This document shows positions 61,993-64,000 of a stretch of DNA of 64,000 nucleotides, piece after piece (the stretch's first letter is position 1; each line of letters opens with the position of its first letter). The notes below the pieces were generated by a model. The model ran no database searches, had not been told where the DNA came from, and was given only the letters and a program-made list of their open reading frames with translations. The position numbers were made by a program, and so were the translations under genes. This DNA is from Terriglobia bacterium (GTDB lineage Bacteria > Acidobacteriota > UBA6911), in the NCBI GenBank assembly GCA_020072565.1, contig JAIQGI010000010.1, positions 64,592 through 128,591 on the forward strand, written 5' to 3'.

Positions 61993-62057
61993 GGAGAATC
62001 CCTCCACTGGCAATTCCCGCACTGCAATCAGAACGACCTGAATTTGCAGCGATTATA
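61993..62057 (-). promoter_or_regulatory. TATAAT plus conserved 59-nt structured leader, copy B
   Basis: TATAAT-CGCTGCAAATTCAGGTCGTTCTGATTGCAGTGCGGGAATTGCCAGTGGAGGGATTCTCC-ATG. Confidence 0.72.
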
Positions 62058-62267
62058 GTCGACTCGGGTCAGCCCTGGTTAGCCGAATCCGCAGCACTTG
62101 CGCGAATGCGTCGGCCACCGGAAACTGGCAAGCTCCCAAGATGTGGCGTTCGCGTCAATAAGGAGCCAAAACCTCCGCGACGCGGTAAACGGCCTACTCG
62201 GGCTGGGATGACACCTGAGGGGATATTGACACGAACAGGACTTTCAGCACTAAAACGTTGGCACGAT

Positions 62268-62408
62268 CTAGTGTTGCAATGGGAGTCGGGCAGCTTCGCC
62301 ATTTCGAGAAACATTCACAATCTTTGAATTTTTAAAAATAGAGACATAAAGATTCACTGCCTCCTCGGCCTGGGCGTCGAACCACAGGAATGGGGTGATT
62401 TTTTGCAT
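62268..62408 (-). pseudogene. 5' fragment of a PhnB-like VOC family protein
   Basis: MQKITPFLWFDAQAEEAVNLYVSIFKNSKI; similarity ends after about 40 aa. Confidence 0.8.
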
Positions 62409-62415
62409 AAAGTCC

Positions 62416-62481
62416 CTTAACGGAGCGAATCGTGGCATCCACGTTCTCGACCTGAATGGTGTTGACCATTGGTTGACGTGG
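62416..62481 (-). pseudogene. Internal fragment of a glyoxalase/VOC protein
   Basis: PRQPMVNTIQVENVDATIRSVK in a frame not listed in the ORF track. Confidence 0.5.
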
Positions 62482-62728
62482 AACCAGAGATTCCTACCGC
62501 TCAGCAAGTGGAAATCCTGCAGTCGTGGGATTGGCAGAGATCCGGTGCGCGGCAATGGTGATTGCCGCCAGCCCCGCAAGTGCCCAGGCCAACCTCGACG
62601 CGCCCCTGCCCACGGCTGCCCTCCATGGAACATTCCAGGCCGAGTATTCCCGCCATCAGCACAGGATTCAATCTCGCCAAACGCCGACCGCAGACTTCCG
62701 GCCAACGGCTGCCGGATTCCTATCGGCT

Positions 62729-63997
62729 TTACTCCTGCCGAAGTGCCTCAACGGGCTCAATATGCGTCGCACGCCTGGCGGGCAAGTACCCGGCGATCAG
62801 CCCGACGCATGCCAAAATGAGCGCGACTGCCGCAAATGTCAACGGGTCCGTCGCGCTGACATTGAACAACATCCCGGACATTAGCCTCGTCAGGAAGAGA
62901 CTGCCGGCAAGGCCGATCGCCACGCCGATGATGACCAGTCCAAGGCTGTGCTGGATCACCATGCGCAGTATCCGCCCGCGGCTTGCGCCGAGCGCCATGC
63001 GAATGCCCAGCTCTCGAGTCCTCCGTACGACCGAGTATGAAATCACTCCATAAACCCCGGCCGCCGCGAGCAACATGGCTATACCCGCAAACGCAGCCAG
63101 AAGCCACGTCGACAATCGCCGCCGCGCCATAGAGTTCGACATCAGATCATCCATCGTACGGATCATGTACACCGGCTGGTCGGGATCGATAGCCAGAATC
63201 TGACGCTCCACCGCGCTCACCAGGGCATGCGGCTCGGTTGCGGTACGAATCACGATGCTCATGCTGGGCGACGGATTCTGCATCTCGGGCCAATAGAGCT
63301 GCACCCGGGACGGTGACTCGAGCGTGCGATAGCGAACGTGGCGCACAACCCCCACTACGGTCATCCAGCGTGCCGTCGATTGCGCGCCGCCCCGTTTGAT
63401 CCGTTTCCCGATCGGATCCTCATTCGGCCAGAAAGTCCGTGCCATCGTCTCGTCTACTATGGCCACTGGAGCAGCATTTTCGGAATCCTGCTCATCAAAA
63501 TAACGACCGCGCAGCAGTTCGATTCCCAGGGCCTGAAACAGCCCAGCCGTCACAGGCCTTCGGTCCGCTTCCGGCGTCCGGTTTTCCGCAGGGACGGTTT
63601 GTGTGTCGACCGTAACCGTTCCCGAGCTGTTCTGGCCGCTCAGCGGAAGCAATCCGATTGCACCTGCCGCTTCCACGCCCGGCAGCGCTGCAAGCCGACG
63701 GTTCAGCTCGCGATAAAACACGCGAACCTTGCCGGGGTCGCCGTACCTCGAATCGGGAAGCGCAATCCGCATGGTCAGCACATTGTGCGGCCGAAATCCC
63801 GGATCGACTGCCTGCAATCGCAGGAAACTGCGGATCAGAAGGCCGGCGCCCGCGAGCAGCGCAAGCGACATGGCCACCTCGGCCACGACAAGGGCGTCGC
63901 GCAACCGCCGCCGAGCCGTCCCCGACGTCACCGGACGCCCCGCTTCCTTAAGTGATTCGGGATTGAATTCTGCAGAGGAGCGGAGCGCCGGCCACAA
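62729..63997 (-). CDS. ADOP-type MacB/FtsX-like ABC permease, 3' part (cut by the window end)
   Basis: LVVAEVAMSLALLAGAGLLIRSF..L..VDPGF, GVYGVISYSV.RRTRELGIRMALGA, PARRA..I.P.EALR.E. Confidence 0.92.
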   Translation of the reverse strand: MWPALRSSAEFNPESLKEAGRPVTSGTARRRLRDALVVAEVAMSLALLAGAGLLIRSFLRLQAVDPGFRPHNVLTMRIALPDSRYGDPGKVRVFYRELNRRLAALPGVEAAGAIGLLPLSGQNSSGTVTVDTQTVPAENRTPEADRRPVTAGLFQALGIELLRGRYFDEQDSENAAPVAIVDETMARTFWPNEDPIGKRIKRGGAQSTARWMTVVGVVRHVRYRTLESPSRVQLYWPEMQNPSPSMSIVIRTATEPHALVSAVERQILAIDPDQPVYMIRTMDDLMSNSMARRRLSTWLLAAFAGIAMLLAAAGVYGVISYSVVRRTRELGIRMALGASRGRILRMVIQHSLGLVIIGVAIGLAGSLFLTRLMSGMLFNVSATDPLTFAAVALILACVGLIAGYLPARRATHIEPVEALRQE

Positions 63998-64000
63998 ACC

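Noticed and set aside
62545..62605. SRLAWALAGLAAITIAA on the minus strand, like a kinase TM segment
   Set aside because: Too short and low-complexity to support as a feature.
1..64000. CRISPR array, rRNA, intact transposase/integrase, prophage, selenoprotein read-through
   Set aside because: No regularly spaced repeats, RNA-gene signatures, complete recombinase ORFs or in-frame TGA at Cys motifs were noticed by eye.

Overview
GC-rich bacterial chromosomal window, most consistent with Acidobacteriota (VPS10/BNR propeller protein, ADOP-type orphan permease, several Ser/Thr kinases with TolB/PD40 or TPR sensor domains). 0-5 kb: two secreted glycan-active proteins. 5.8-29.8 kb: a 24-kb divergent carbohydrate-catabolic locus. 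It combines glycoside hydrolase/lyase-like genes (GH38, two six-hairpin GH-like, GH127-like, heparinase II/III-like) and an SSS symporter with an unexplained redox module (Gfo/Idh/MocA, TIM-barrel isomerase, OYE-like flavin/Fe-S enzyme, orphan SdhA-like flavoprotein, SDR) and two URO-D/MtaA-fold proteins that have no corrinoid partner in the window. 30-64 kb: an accessory patchwork with a bCerS/YghO-like GNAT, a Cys-rich ferredoxin, a Crp/Fnr regulator with a matching TGTCA-N6-TGACA palindrome upstream of a Tat multicopper oxidase and an orphan cusB-like gene, three intact kinases, an S41 peptidase, hemerythrin, a ParB-like protein and TolC. It also holds many internally deleted or truncated gene remnants, three REP-like repeat families and attC-like remnants. 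Two kinase genes share an ungapped 59-nt structured leader (44/59 identical by manual alignment), a candidate cis-regulatory RNA. No rRNA, tRNA or CRISPR array was seen. All family calls come from motif recognition by eye, not database searches.
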